This document shows, piece by piece, positions 1 to 12,196 of a stretch of 64,000 bases of DNA. Under the pieces are notes generated by a model. It saw only the letters and a program-made list of their open reading frames with translations. It was not told where the DNA came from and did no database searches. The translations under genes were made by a program, and so were the position numbers. The stretch is from Takakia lepidozioides. Taxonomy: Eukaryota > Plantae > Bryophyta. The DNA lies in contig CM060733.1 of assembly GCA_030704615.1 (NCBI GenBank), positions 38,502,001 to 38,566,000 on the forward strand, in the 5' to 3' direction. Each line of letters opens with the position of its first letter. The stretch's first letter is position 1.

Positions 1-2
1 AC

Positions 3-185
3 ACAGGGCCCACTGTGAAAATGTCCTTCTACCAAGGGGGCGCTATCGATAAACACGACATCCTCGTTAGTTTCAACCGGGCGACAGAAACCACTGACAT
101 TTTGTTCAAATATAGGCACCCGGTCACTGAGGAGGTCCTTGAGAGGCCAGTTCGAGTTCCTTCTTCTTGGGCGAGGGGACCATAG
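3..185 (+). CDS. 3' end of an unidentified ORF entering from the left edge
   Basis: Frame 3 is open from the edge to TAG at 183-185 (TGPTVKMSFYQGGAIDKHDILVSFNRATETTDILFKYRHPVTEEVLERPVRVPSSWARGP*). No recognisable motif. Confidence 0.25.
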   Translation, partial: TGPTVKMSFYQGGAIDKHDILVSFNRATETTDILFKYRHPVTEEVLERPVRVPSSWARGP

Positions 186-639
186 GTCTTGCATGCTAGA
201 GTAGACATGTTTCAACTGCTGACACTCATGGCACATACATTTTCATTCAGAAATCAAGCAGCTTCCCTGTGCCATATGGGGAATATACAGGCTTCGATAA
301 TCTTCTGTTAATGTTATTTGCAATTCACTGCCAGTATGCTGGGACGTGTCCTTTGTCGTATGGATTGCTGTTTGCACAAGGTGCAGTATGCAAATGCTGG
401 AATGTGCAGTAGGACCCTTCCCACTGGGACACAGAACTAGCAATCTTGTAAAGGCATCACATTTGCAGAACAGTAACAATGTATTTGTAGCAAATTGGAG
501 TCTTTCATAAAGGTGGACGAAATTCACATGTAGCCATGGCGATGCGGCACCACCAAGTGTATAATTCCTCACAAAAAAATAGGGTGCAAGAAGATGAATG
601 TAATATAATTGCCACTTTCTCTTTCCCGAATGTGGAATG

Positions 640-3600
640 TCAAGCAGTCCGACCAGTATCCTGCCGTAGGGCCTTGTGCAGCTCGTTGAAACTCAGTGTT
701 GGAGCATGGATGAAGACGTCCACTGCGGATATGCAACTCATGCGCTTCATAAAAATGTAATAAAGGTGTTTGCAGGGGACGTATGCTGCATTCCTCGATT
801 CCATAACAAGGAAGTCCTCACAGTTGCAAGCTGGGTACTGTGAAACCGTGATTGCATACACGACACTGCGCGCAGCAGACCCGGCTGTTGACAACTGAAA
901 TATGCGCCCCATCCCGGGGTGAGGAACATCCCTGCAACCTTGCACTATGCAGGGCATTGCAAGAGCGTTGGCCATCCTGGTGTCGTTCGCCTTTGTTGGT
1001 GGCCGCCGTCTTTTCAGTTTACCCCACCGATGGGTGGGCCAAGCTGCGGGGTCACCCACCGGTATGCGGGGCGAAGAGCTTCTCGTGGGAGGAGGATGAC
1101 GATTGGGAATTGGATTTCGTGGAACGTCTGTCCTCTCCACCAGTCGAAACCCTGCACTTCCTAGAGCGTCTGCCTCCTCCAGGGTAAGATCTGTACCACT
1201 TGCCACAGGCCAGACTGCCGGTGGTTCAGGCATGCCTTGTACACCATACTTGGGCTTGCCGAACACACACGACATGATGTCGTGCCTGCAGAACCAAAAC
1301 TCCTTCAGTGTGGCCTCCACAAACTTTGCGCACACAAATCTCCCTGTGAAGCAAGGGGCAGGCACACCGCCCTGCGGGCTCCTCCGAATCATCTCATTGC
1401 ATCTCTGGTTGGTGTCGACACGAACAGCACAACATTTGCCACGAAATGTCGGACGGGTCCGTGCAATTCCACTGCGAGGCCGACACATCTCGCTCCACGA
1501 TTGGAATGTTGTATTGGGTAACGAAAACAGGAGCAACATGCCCATCCTCGGCATGTTGTCCCGAGTCTGGCAGCGATTCCATGGATGCTGCAGGAGAGGG
1601 GGTACGAGTCCTGCTTCGTGGAGGCGTGGGACGCAACATCGTTGCGCCCCGAGTTGAGTGCGGATGTTCATATCTGATCTCCATGAATCCCCATCCCCTC
1701 CGGGCATGTCCTCAATTCTTCTCTTCACCGGCCGGCTGCGGACATCGCCCTCCAGGCAGTTCCCCGACTGTGTAACGGCGTTGACCTTATAGTTTCCCGC
1801 AATGCAGCAGTCCATTTTTTGGGGATCGGTCGAACGATGCGCCGCCCTCATCAGCATCTCCTGCCTGTCTGGTCCGATACCCCATTGCTTTCCTCCCAGA
1901 AACTGGTAGTAATGAGATTGTTGCATGATGGCCCTCACAATATCTTCTGTTGTTGCTGTCAACATGTCAACGAGATGTGCTGCAGAGGAAGCACGCCAGG
2001 AAGAGTGCACCGATTCGGCCATGTTCGTCGTCGGCATATCCGTGTCATCCTCCAAGCTCATGTCCTGTTGAAGGAAATTAGATATGTCACTGATTGTGGA
2101 GAATGTCCAAGCACAAAACAGAACAATTGTCAAGTACAGAAATGTGTTACTGTCTCATGTAGTCTCCAAACTGGCGGAATCTATAATGCCACCACGCAAG
2201 CCACGTTTGCAGTTCTGGCTGATCTTTCACATCCACTGCCCTGAAGACACCCACCAGGCGCGTATGGTTGCAAACTCGGTCTCCGCCTCGTCGATGGAAT
2301 TCGCATTTTTCCACGCTAGGCACATACTGATATGATCCTGCCGGTGGCGTGACGCCACGAACCTTTTCGTGTTTTGCGTCAAACTCTGCATGAAGTGGAA
2401 CCCGCAAGATCTCTCCTTTCCTTCCATTGGAGTCTTTGGGTCGTCCCCATATACCCTCCTAACTGCAGCCCAGTTTGCCTGGGCATTGTCAGCCATGAAG
2501 CCCCTAAAATCGGGAGGGGGCAACTTGGCTCTCGCCATTTGCTCATTAATTCCGCGCCACATATGCAACTCCGAATCTGTGTCTTCTCCCTTCATTTCGC
2601 AGATAGCAATGGTCATCAACTTTCTGCAATGTGGGTCGTATACATGTGCCCCCATTGTCACCCAATCGTGGTTGGTAATTCGCCGGATGTGGTCAAACAT
2701 GACCCAATTTGAGAGGTCTCCACTGGTCATCCGCTTCACCAAATCGACGCCGCCCGGTCCGCACGTTGACATCTTAAATATGAAGCACCTGTCCATCTCC
2801 GAGCCTTGACCAGGAAAGAAGCTGCCTTGGATGAAGTCGTAGCCGCATGTGCGTTTCACTTCCAAGATGGAGTGCATGTCTGATCCTCTTCCGATTCGTT
2901 TCTTGCAGCTGACAATGTGGTTCCTGACATTGGGGCTGCACACATGGGAGACAGCTTCCAGCAGGTCCTTCATGTCCCCCTCGCCCAGCTTCTCTCTTGT
3001 GCTTCCGTCCTCCGACATTATTCTGCCAATTGCAATCCTATGTGCCGATGCGAGCTGTATCTGCTTTGGTTTTGCACCCGGCCTCAACCTCACCTCCTCC
3101 TTGAATATCCTGGGCTTGTTGAAAAGCGACTCTGCAATTGCCTCTGGCGAGGGGGTGCTCATGCTTTCCGATGTGAATGCATGCTCTGGTGCACGCTGGG
3201 CCGACGGTCCCGACGTAGTACTGCTTGGCGTTGCACACTGCCATGCACGTAGGGGCTGCGTTGCAATGGGCACACTTGAACGTCCCTGCAGGAACTCTAC
3301 CTTGAGGCCAAAATGGGGTCGACGAATTGCCAATCCAGTCAGTCTCATTCCTGGTGCCTTTGCTAGTGTAATGGTAACATGTGCTCGAGAAACATTTAAG
3401 ATGCCCAGCACACAATACATATCTCACTCGAACTCCATCACCCAGGTTGGACGATGAAGTTTTGGTGACACACCAAGGGTGGCCGTCATGTTTCCTGTTC
3501 ATTCCTGCGAGCATGCCGTCTGGGCCTGCGCCTGCCGGCACTGGAGGGAACTCGTATAGCATTCCCATCCACAACATCAGGCAAAGTTTCCACAGAATGG

Positions 3601-4222
3601 ATTGGAGTTTTGTCGTAATCAAGCCTAAGAAGGTCACTGGAGCGGGAACCCGTTGTCTTCATCCTCCGCAATATGTCGATTACTGAGCGGACGGAAGTTG
3701 AGTCGGACGGTGTATGCTGAACACTCCTAGTGACGGACGACTTCGAAACATACGATGGAAGGACCATACAGTCTTCATCGTCACTGGATAAGTCCTGGAC
3801 GACTGTTTCCCTGTTTTCCTGGATTTCCCTTTTCACATGTTTGGGCTTCTCTGCTTGTGAAGAGGTGCCCACATCCTTCACATCTTGCACGCCAGACCCT
3901 CTTGTGGAAGGAGGATCAACCAAGTTCCAGCGTGGGAACTCTTTAGGCACGATTTCACCAATGGCACTGTACCGGATGGATTCAGAAGCTGGGAGCCGCC
4001 ACTCTTTGCCTTTTCCGAAATCTGCATGCAGAATGACGGCACTTTCCAGAAAATTTCCATAAGCATCCTTCGTCTCCTCTTCCAAAAACACCGTTCCAGG
4101 GCGGAGCCCGAACTTCACACACAGTACTGCTCAGTGACAATCGCAAATCCTTGGTCGCAGGGTATTTTAGCTTTCAGAGAATCAGGATGGAAGTACACGT
4201 TGACCCAAACACGGGAGTCCAT
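640..4222 (-). pseudogene. MULE-type DDE transposase with GCM-like N-terminal Zn domain and C-terminal SWIM finger (frameshifted, one intron ~2065-2150)
   Basis: Joined ORFs give HDGHPW...CAGHLKC (GCM-like), VMFDH, FMADNAQAN, CGFH (CxxH), NMAESVH (catalytic E) and CNCEDF...CKHL (SWIM). Probable ATG at 4222; the N-terminus GFAIVTEQ..KFGLRPGTVFLE aligns with copy B GFAIVLEH..RFELQNGTIFLE. Confidence 0.85.
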
Positions 4223-4469
4223 TTTGAAGACGGGACTCTCGGTACGCTCCGCAGCGAAGTCCTGCAATGAGAAGAGTGTGTCCTACCTAATAAACAAAAT
4301 GATTTTCTGGAGGATTCCGTATCCAACATGATGGGTGATCAGTGCACGTAAAGATGAAGGTGTGTAACGTACGTTAAAAAAACGGACGAAAACAGCAAGT
4401 TCACATCGGATATTTGGTGCCTGAATTGTAATGTACAACCACTTGGGGTACAATAAATCAGGCTTCCCA

Positions 4470-6113
4470 TGAATTTCGGCACCGAAATCTGGATGAACAT
4501 CTCTGTCATGTAACAGCTTTGGAAGCCAAGGGATGAATTCTGGCAACAGAAATCGTAATTTGTTTACCTCATTAAACTGACCAAGCACCCAACGGATGGA
4601 TTTCGGTGCCGAAATTCGGATGAACTTCTTCTTCATTAAATTGTATCTGCACATATGGGTTGAATTTAGATGCCAAAATACGGATAAATGTTCCTGATTA
4701 CAGTCGTGATTGACCACGTGTCCGGATATCGGTGCCGACTTCCGAATGACAGTAATCCTGATTCGGCAGAATGGATGTATTTCGGCGCCGAAATTCATTC
4801 TTCATCTCCTTTTCCGACCCTAATTCTGCTGCCCTGCGTATGGATTTCGGTGCCAGAATTCATCGGAAGTCCTTTCTGTTTTTATTTTTCTTTGCGACAG
4901 ATGAACTTTGGCGCCGAATCTCATCCAAGTACTCCCTTTTAATTTCCCTTTTTCTTCGAGAGCAATGAATTTCGGCGCCGAAATTCAACCAAAATCCTCC
5001 CGATTTTTTTTTTTCTTCGCGAGCATTGAATTTCGGCGCCGAAATTCATTCCAAGTCCAGGAGATATTTTTATTTTCCTTCGCGAGCAATGAATTTTAAT
5101 TCATTCCTCCTTCGCGAGCCGCTAAACTTTTTTTTTTTTTTTTCCTTCGCGAGCAATGAATTTCGGCGCCGAAATTCAGCCGACTTCATCCCTCCAAATT
5201 CTTTTCAGGGTTTTAGCGCGGATTTCGGCGCCGAAATTCATCCAATGCCTTCCCTCCAATATTTATTTTTCTTTGAAATGGATCAATTTCGGCGCCGAAA
5301 TTCATCCTTACTGTCCGCAATGAGTAACTCTAATATTACATTTTCTATGCGACGGATGAATTTCGGCGCCGAAATTCGTCCAAACCCGGCACTTACTTTT
5401 TGCTTTTGGATGATAATTTTCCGTAAATCGTTGGAAATACCCGTTCCGACGAATATAACAGGAATATTCTGCATTTAATGGAGAAATCGGCATTAAACCA
5501 CTTCTGTCAAAATTAATTGCATTTTAGCCGTTTTTTTTCATTTGAAACCGACAGTATCCATGAAGTGGTCTTTTTCGCACGGGACGCCGCACATAAAGTA
5601 TAATTTCGGCGCCGAAATTATAGTTAAATGTCCAAATGGCAAGTCCAAGGCATGGACAGCATCCGTCAGGGGCAATGATGGCGGCAAAGCATAGCATCGT
5701 GCCTTCGCTCTGGATGAACCATCCGGCGCCGCATCGCTTAATTTTGAATTTCGGCGCCGAAATATGGATGATTTCACCTCGTCTTATTCCGCCGCCAACA
5801 GCGGACCCTCGGGATGCATCAAAGTGCATGTCCCGGAATTAATTCCGGCTCCGATATCCCACCGACAGGTTTCATGACGAATGAGGACTGCGGCGCCGAA
5901 ATTTGTAAGTTTGTGTATGAAAGCACTTGAATAGGATGAATTTCGGCGCCGAAATTCATCCGTCCGCTGATGAAACGTACCGACCTGACTGTTGAATGTC
6001 ATGCAGGGGATTTTCATGGCGGTTGGGTTTCATGATGTGCGGATATTTCATTCAATGCCGGCTGCTCCGGGAACCGCATCCGGTGAACGGAACGTATTTC
6101 GGTGCCGCAATTC
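4470..6113. repeat. Array of about 17 palindromes, consensus GAATTTCGGCGCCGAAATTC, between the divergent genes
   Basis: Copies near 4472, 4600, 4779, 4844, 4905, 4968, 5028, 5158, 5222, 5286, 5358, 5602, 5746, 5890, 5934 and 6096. Spacing is ~60-70 bp in 4780-5360. Perfect 28-bp palindrome at 5934-5961. Confidence 0.95.
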
Positions 6114-6360
6114 GGATAAACCGTCATACACTGGTGGCTGGAACTGGCACGCGTCGTGTTCCAGTCGACTTCATCCGTGCGAACGTGTCAGGGGTCACAA
6201 TCTCTTCATCACCCATACGGCAGAAAGTGGTGGACGGTGGCAACGCTTCGGGAGACGTGGCTGCTTACGCATCTGCTCGTGCATAGTGGTTGCATGTTCC
6301 ACCTTCGCTCTCTCGCTCCTTGCCCTTCTGCAGTGACGTTCTCCTGCGTTTCCTCTCCTT

Positions 6361-9300
6361 ATGCGGCATAGTGGTAGCATAGAGTTTGTGGAAGGTCAGG
6401 CGACTCCGGCAAAGAGGAGGACGCGGGATTTTGGGAAGCCGCCGACGACACGACTTAAGCTCCGTCTCATGCATGAAATGCAGACGTCGTTATCCGGAGA
6501 CTCGGATCGCCCACCAGTGAGAGATTCGTGCTTCGCGGATGTGAAGCACTCCATACGCAATATTCCTTTACACCTTTGTTTTGGCGTGCAGTGTCTCATG
6601 TTTTCCTGTTTGTTTGACATGGGAGCTGGGGAGGGATCGCAGGGGGGCGAGGCAACACAGTCAACTTTGGATACTCCTGCCCGGGTGCTGCGCTCACAAG
6701 GTGGAAGTGCATCGAGGCAGACGAGTCCTCATTCAACACCTCAGATATCGCCTCCGAAAAGCCCACCTAGAGTTCGGAAGCCGAGAAAGCAGAAGGAGCC
6801 CATGGCTTCGCCAGTAAAACCCCTAGGGAGACTGGAAGCGGAGATATTGGTTTGCAGTCAATTTCAGAAAACACAGATGCGGTGGAGGCCGCTGGAGATG
6901 TGGAGTCGGATCTGCAGAAGGGCGGCCCATTCAACTGACAGAAGGAGAGGACGATAACGTGGTACGACTTGGCGACGATCAGAACCTGCTGGAGCTTGCG
7001 GAGGAGCAAAACCTCCAGGACAGTACACAGGCTGGTGAGAGGGGTGAGGGAAGTGACAGAGGTGATACAAGTAAGAAACTGGTGGCGGGTATGCTCATGA
7101 GCGCACGAGACATGAACATAGCAGCAAACAGGTTGCTGGCAGAGACTCATAGCAACATAGGCCGCGTTTTGGGCTCCATGGTGTATCCCGAGAACCTTAA
7201 AGTTCCTTTGTGTCGCATGGTAAGCCTTCCAGTTGTAAGGCAAGCACTGCCAGGGGATATCGATCGACTGAAGCACAACTTCAGAGAAGGGTACAGACGG
7301 GGGTCGGCAGCATTCTACGTTTCCATTGAGAATGACCAGGGTGTCACAAGGGGCCCCACTGCAGAGGAGCTTCAGAATTGGGGCCCCCACTGGCACACTG
7401 TTAATGCCGAGTTTGAAGCCTATCTGAAGACTAATCCCACATTCGCACACATGGAAGGGAAGATGTTCTTCGTTTGGGACGGGAACCACAGGATGCTTGC
7501 CTGGACAGAGTACATTGCTGAAATGCATCCGCAAGATATCAGTTGGCATTACATGGTGGACTGCATTGTCGTGAAGGTGGACGTCAGGGACAGAGGACTG
7601 TTGAAGGGTGCCATGGCGGATATAAATCTGTAAGTATACAATTACATCCTTGTGTACTGCCTATTGCGCGCCGAAATAGGCAATGTTCACCACTGTCATG
7701 CACTCTATGAACTGGAAATTGGATTGCTGTGCCGAAATCATTTTCATTGTTTTTTTCTCCATGGCAGGGTAACAGAGAGGGCCTTCGTGGAAACTCATCT
7801 GGCACATACGCTCTACAGAGTGCAAGAAGTGGGGACAGCTCCGCTGACGGACTTCCAAAAGTCCCTCGATCCCGAGCTGTACAGGAAGTCCCTAGCGAAA
7901 GCAGATCGCACCTGGTACCGACCAACACTGGACGCCATGGTGGAGATCCTCTATTCGGTGAGGTTCATCTCAAATTTCAGTATCAATTAATGTTATTTGT
8001 TGCAGGGATCCGTGGCCTGACTGTATCTGCTGGGTATGGGAATGCAGACGAACATCAGGGATGACTTGGCCTATGCCAAAAGGCAGTTCTTTGAGAATGA
8101 TGCCCCCAACAAGGCGGACGCGTCGATAGAGAGTCATATTGTGCAGGCAGGGAAGCAATCCCGGACCAAGTACAGGTCCAAACTTGTTAAGCAAGTTGCA
8201 ATCGCTGACCCTGGTCTTGGTGCCGAGTTCCTGGCGGAGATAGGACTGCATTACTCCAGACCCATGAAACCGGAAATGTCCATGGAGAAACTTCATCACA
8301 TCGCAGTGGTGTTTGAGCCGGCGGAGAAGGTAAGCATGTGTTTATTCTTGTTTTGTGACTTCTCGCGATTCTTATGTTGGAGCTCTTGTCTGACCGATGT
8401 GAGGTGGCTGCAGACGAGGTGGCTGCGAATCTGGAACGGCCATACAAACACGAAGCTGCTGTACCACTTTCCCATCGAGCCAACAGACGACAAAATGAAC
8501 GACTGGCTCAATGTCATGACTTGGTGGCATCAGGTATAATTTTCTCCTATTCTGTGTTGGACATCGTCGCAATTTCAAAATCATGAATGTTTTGGAAACC
8601 TGCCATGATGCAGGTACTGACCCACGCCCAGGAGCAATTGGACTGCAACACCACCACTTTCAAGTTACAGATCGACTGGACGAAGCCTGAGACAATGGAG
8701 AACTACGTGCAGTCGTGGCGAGGGCGCTTCGCAAAACCTCTTTTTCAGAGAAATTGCAAAGGCAAGACGCAGCGTATACATCGAAGAGCAGGGGTGCCGA
8801 CAAAGCGGCAATGCGTGTCCTGTTCAGGTAATCTGCTGACAATGCATCCCCCTATTTGCAGTTTAGATGATTTGGTTAAGCAGCGATGGATATTGCGGCG
8901 CCGAAATATACCTCTGCAAGATGTGAGTTCTGGGTAATTGGGGCACGGTCCACTCCGTATTTCGGTGCCGAAATACCTTGTGCATTGACAACTTCCACTT
9001 GCATGATGCATCGGTAGAATGATTTTTGTTGAACTGCCTCGTGATTGCAGGTACATAAACTTTGCACTCATTCCGTCCGGAGCCATTCAAAGGGTTCCAC
9101 CATTCTTCCTGGCGTGGAGGACACCTGGAGGTCGTGGAACGATGTACACAGAAGTAATGGCGAAGGAGTGGCATGCCGAGCATTTGGTAAACTGCCCCTG
9201 GTATGTGGATCTCCAAGTGGGACCGTTGACCTCTCGGAGGTTAACTTGAAGAAGGAAGCGAATGCCAGGGCTATGAAGGCGCAATCGGATCCCCAACCAG

Positions 9301-11373
9301 AGGACGCGGAAAGACTGAAAGCAGAGGAGGCAGCCAAGCAGAAAGCACTGAGAAAGTCAGCCAAGGCGGCAGCGTTGGCGAAGGAGCAGATGGAGAAGCA
9401 GGCAGCTGAGCAGCCCAAGGAGGAAGAAAAGAACGCGCAAACAGGGGCAAGAGACGAAGACCCCCACACCCAAGAAGAAGAAGCAGCAACACAGTCAGCC
9501 AGATGAGGAGGATTCGGACGACGATTTCCAGCAGGAAAACACCCAGGGGGCCACACCTCGTCCGAAAATTCACAAGGGCCAGCGCTCCGGGGGGTCGGCT
9601 GCGAAGAGATCACTATACGAGGATGCACCTGGCAGACCCTACCGTGCGGTGCAGATTGCGGGCAGGGAAGTCCTCAAAAACCCACAATTGTGGAGTGTGT
9701 TAATGAAAATTTCCTAACTGCTCTGACCAGAAGGCTGGAGATAACGAGTTTGAGGAAGGCGATCGAGGCCCACCAGGGGAAGGGGAAGAGGAAGGCCACT
9801 GGCAATGATATGGAGGACACTCCTGGCTACACAAAGATGATGGAGTATTTTGTGGCGATGAGCCACGGCAAAAAGAGCACAGTCGGGGGCAGGGCGGTGA
9901 AAGCCTCCATCGACATGATCCTTGTGGATATCCCGGATGGGCAGGAGATACTGGGGCTGGGCTCAGTTCCCTGGTGGAACAAGTACGACGAACGATACTG
10001 GAGCCACACATTCGGGTTCGCAGCCAACATGTTGGACGACGTTGGCTGTGTTGTTGTGCTAGCAGCCGATGGAGAAGTCACTGAGAATGATATCAAAGTA
10101 TGGACGGGGAGAAGTGCAGCACCCATCCTGAAAAAGATCTGGACTTGCATCAACACGCAGGGTCTTCTCAACGATGGCCAGAAGGTATGCTGTGGTTCTC
10201 CTCTGCTATGTCAATTTCTGGGCCGAAATTGCCCCTGTACATGTAGGCCACCTCTGACGTTTTCATTTCCTTCTCTGCAGACTCTTATCTTTCAGGCATT
10301 TTGCTTCGTGAAGGAACATTCGAAATTCAAATTACGTGAAGCAGGAAGACTTGTTGATTCCACAGTTGATCCACTGGAGTATAACGTCCTGTTCAACCAT
10401 GTGGGAGAGAAGGACATTCTTTGTGATTTGTCGGGCAGCCATGGAGGTATGGCAGGACCAGGAGTCCTGCATTCATCCAGACGCTCATGGAAACGTGTAC
10501 GGATGTTGAAGGCAGGGTCCTTGACGTCACTGCAAATACAGGTGAGAACGTTAATTGAATGCGGCACCGAAATTGACACCATTTCCGTTTCTGTATGTTT
10601 GCTTGTGCGAGGAAGCGACTCATTCTTGAGTTTGGCTGTGGGTTGTCGTATGAATTCGCAGGTGCCTGTATGTGGGCGGGAAGGATGTCGAACCGATTTG
10701 TGTTCTCATTTGAGGGGGATACGGCCTTGTACGATTACAATTTGGCGGGCCTTCAGCGTCTGCCTCCGACTGAGGATCCCAAAAACGCAGAAGAGGACGT
10801 GGAAGGAGAGGAGGAAGATGAAGAGGAGGAAGTCCGGGAAATTCGTTCGATGCAGGGGCGCCCGAAGCCGCTTCCCCCAATGCCTGTCTTCGAGTGAGTT
10901 GCACCATAGTAAGTGTATTGGTTTCGGTTGTAGGGACCATGCAACCTGCCGATGATTCCCTGTTTGAATTCTCTAATGTACTTCATTCTATGTTTGTGCG
11001 TACACTCAGCCTTGCAGAGTCGTCCGACGAGGAGAAGCTGGGAGACTTGCTCGAATCGGACCCTGTTGCAGAGGAGGAGACAGAATCGCATCGGCCATTC
11101 TTTGCCAGAAAATCGTTTCTCGCGAGTCCCCAGAAGCCCTTTTTTCTACCAGCCTATGCAGACACGGCTGCCAAAGAAGCCATCAGGAGGGAGGATAGGC
11201 CTACTCGGTTAGAGCAATTGACATACGGGAATGAGCAGAGAATTATAATGAGGCGTGAGGCCAAACATAGAATTGTGAAAGGCAGAGTAGGGAAGTTCGT
11301 AATAGAATCCGCGTCCGAGAGCGGGGAATGTCGAGGAGACTTCCGCACCCAGGTGGACAGTTCCGGCTGGTGA
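6361..11373 (+). CDS. Multi-exon cargo gene A: ParB/Srx-like domain + linker + beta-class N4C/N6A DNA methyltransferase-like domain (a few frameshifts; start uncertain)
   Basis: FFVWDGNHRMLAW (DGNHR 7478-7492). IDMILVDIPDG (DIPD 9927-9938). RSPAFIQTLMETCTDVEGRVLDVTANT|GACMWAGRMSNRFVFSFEGD matches motifs X-I-II. GT-AG introns at 7630-7767, 7958-8047, 8330-8413, 8534-8613, 10185-10280, 10542-10661 and 10894-11009. Confidence 0.75.
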
Positions 11374-11749
11374 GGATGGTATTTTTGAGGGGAGGGCTTC
11401 TCAGAGTAATTGGTAGCGGCAGTGCAGGTTCGGAGGCAGGTGGAAGGCAGCCATCCGCATGAGGGCGGGGATGCATCGGACAGTGATAGCGGATCCTCAC
11501 CATAGCAAAGTCTCATTTGGATCCTTTTGTTGTACAGTTCTGAAACACTTAATGAATATATTGACGATTTGAAAAATCATTGTGTTCAGACTGCTTGTCC
11601 ATTCCCTACATTTCTTCCGCCAACCAAAATCTATAATAAAAGCAGAAGAGACGCAAACTTCAGTGAAGAACCCTACAAGTAATTTATGCACACCATCGAC
11701 CCGGGAACTTGAAGCCATGAAAACCCTGCCGTTTCTAACATTCCTATTG

Positions 11750-12035
11750 GGAAATTTGGCGCCGAAATAGCCCAGTTTGCGCCTTCGTTATATGGGCCTC
11801 AAAAATTCCACGGATGAATTACTGCACCAAAATATTGCGATGGAAGCCTTCAGCACAAGGCACTTCACCACATTCCACTTGGGTATTTCGGCGCCGAAAT
11901 TGCCCGTTCTGCGCCTTTAAATACCGCACTATATCACATTTTAAGAGGTAATTTCGGTGCCGAAATACCCCGGTGGATGTCTTCAAAACACCATTTTAGC
12001 ACACTGCTCTTGGGAATAACGGCGCCGAAATTCCT
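11750..12035. repeat. Subterminal array of five ATTTCGGCGCCGAAAT-type palindromes, ~66 bp period
   Basis: Copies near 11753, 11818 (degenerate), 11885, 11950 and 12017. Confidence 0.85.
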
Positions 12036-12196
12036 CATTCCGCATCCTGGACCAGGAGAAACAGACCCTATTACCGAGGTAAGAGGACATAACACCGTCA
12101 ATAAAGGCAGGAAAATTCCAATTCCGCGGATGCCCGCTCATGAGCTCATAGGCTCATAGGCTCATGGGCTCATGCGCTCATGAAATAGTAAACCTC

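Larger units (their letters stand above)
640..12196. mobile_element. Large Mutator-like DNA transposon, copy A (left end not seen, probably outside window)
   Basis: Transposase (minus) is head-to-head with a cargo gene (plus). Internal and subterminal palindrome arrays. Right end reads ...GCTCATGGGCTCATGCGCTCATGAAATAGTAAACCTC(12196), resembling the TIR of the 26699-28683 element. Gypsy leader sequence starts immediately after. Confidence 0.8.

Noticed and set aside
4770-5380. CRISPR-like look of regularly spaced palindromic repeats
   Set aside because: Spacers are T-rich and similar to one another, no cas genes are present, the context is eukaryotic, and the motif also occurs singly in introns.
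4283-6017. ORFs repeating NFGAEI / EFRRRNS
   Set aside because: These are translations of the DNA palindrome in several frames on both strands, not protein repeats.
6361-11373. Bacterial or phage contamination as the source of the ParB-MTase gene
   Set aside because: The gene has spliceosomal introns conserved between two copies and is contiguous with plant TEs and genes.
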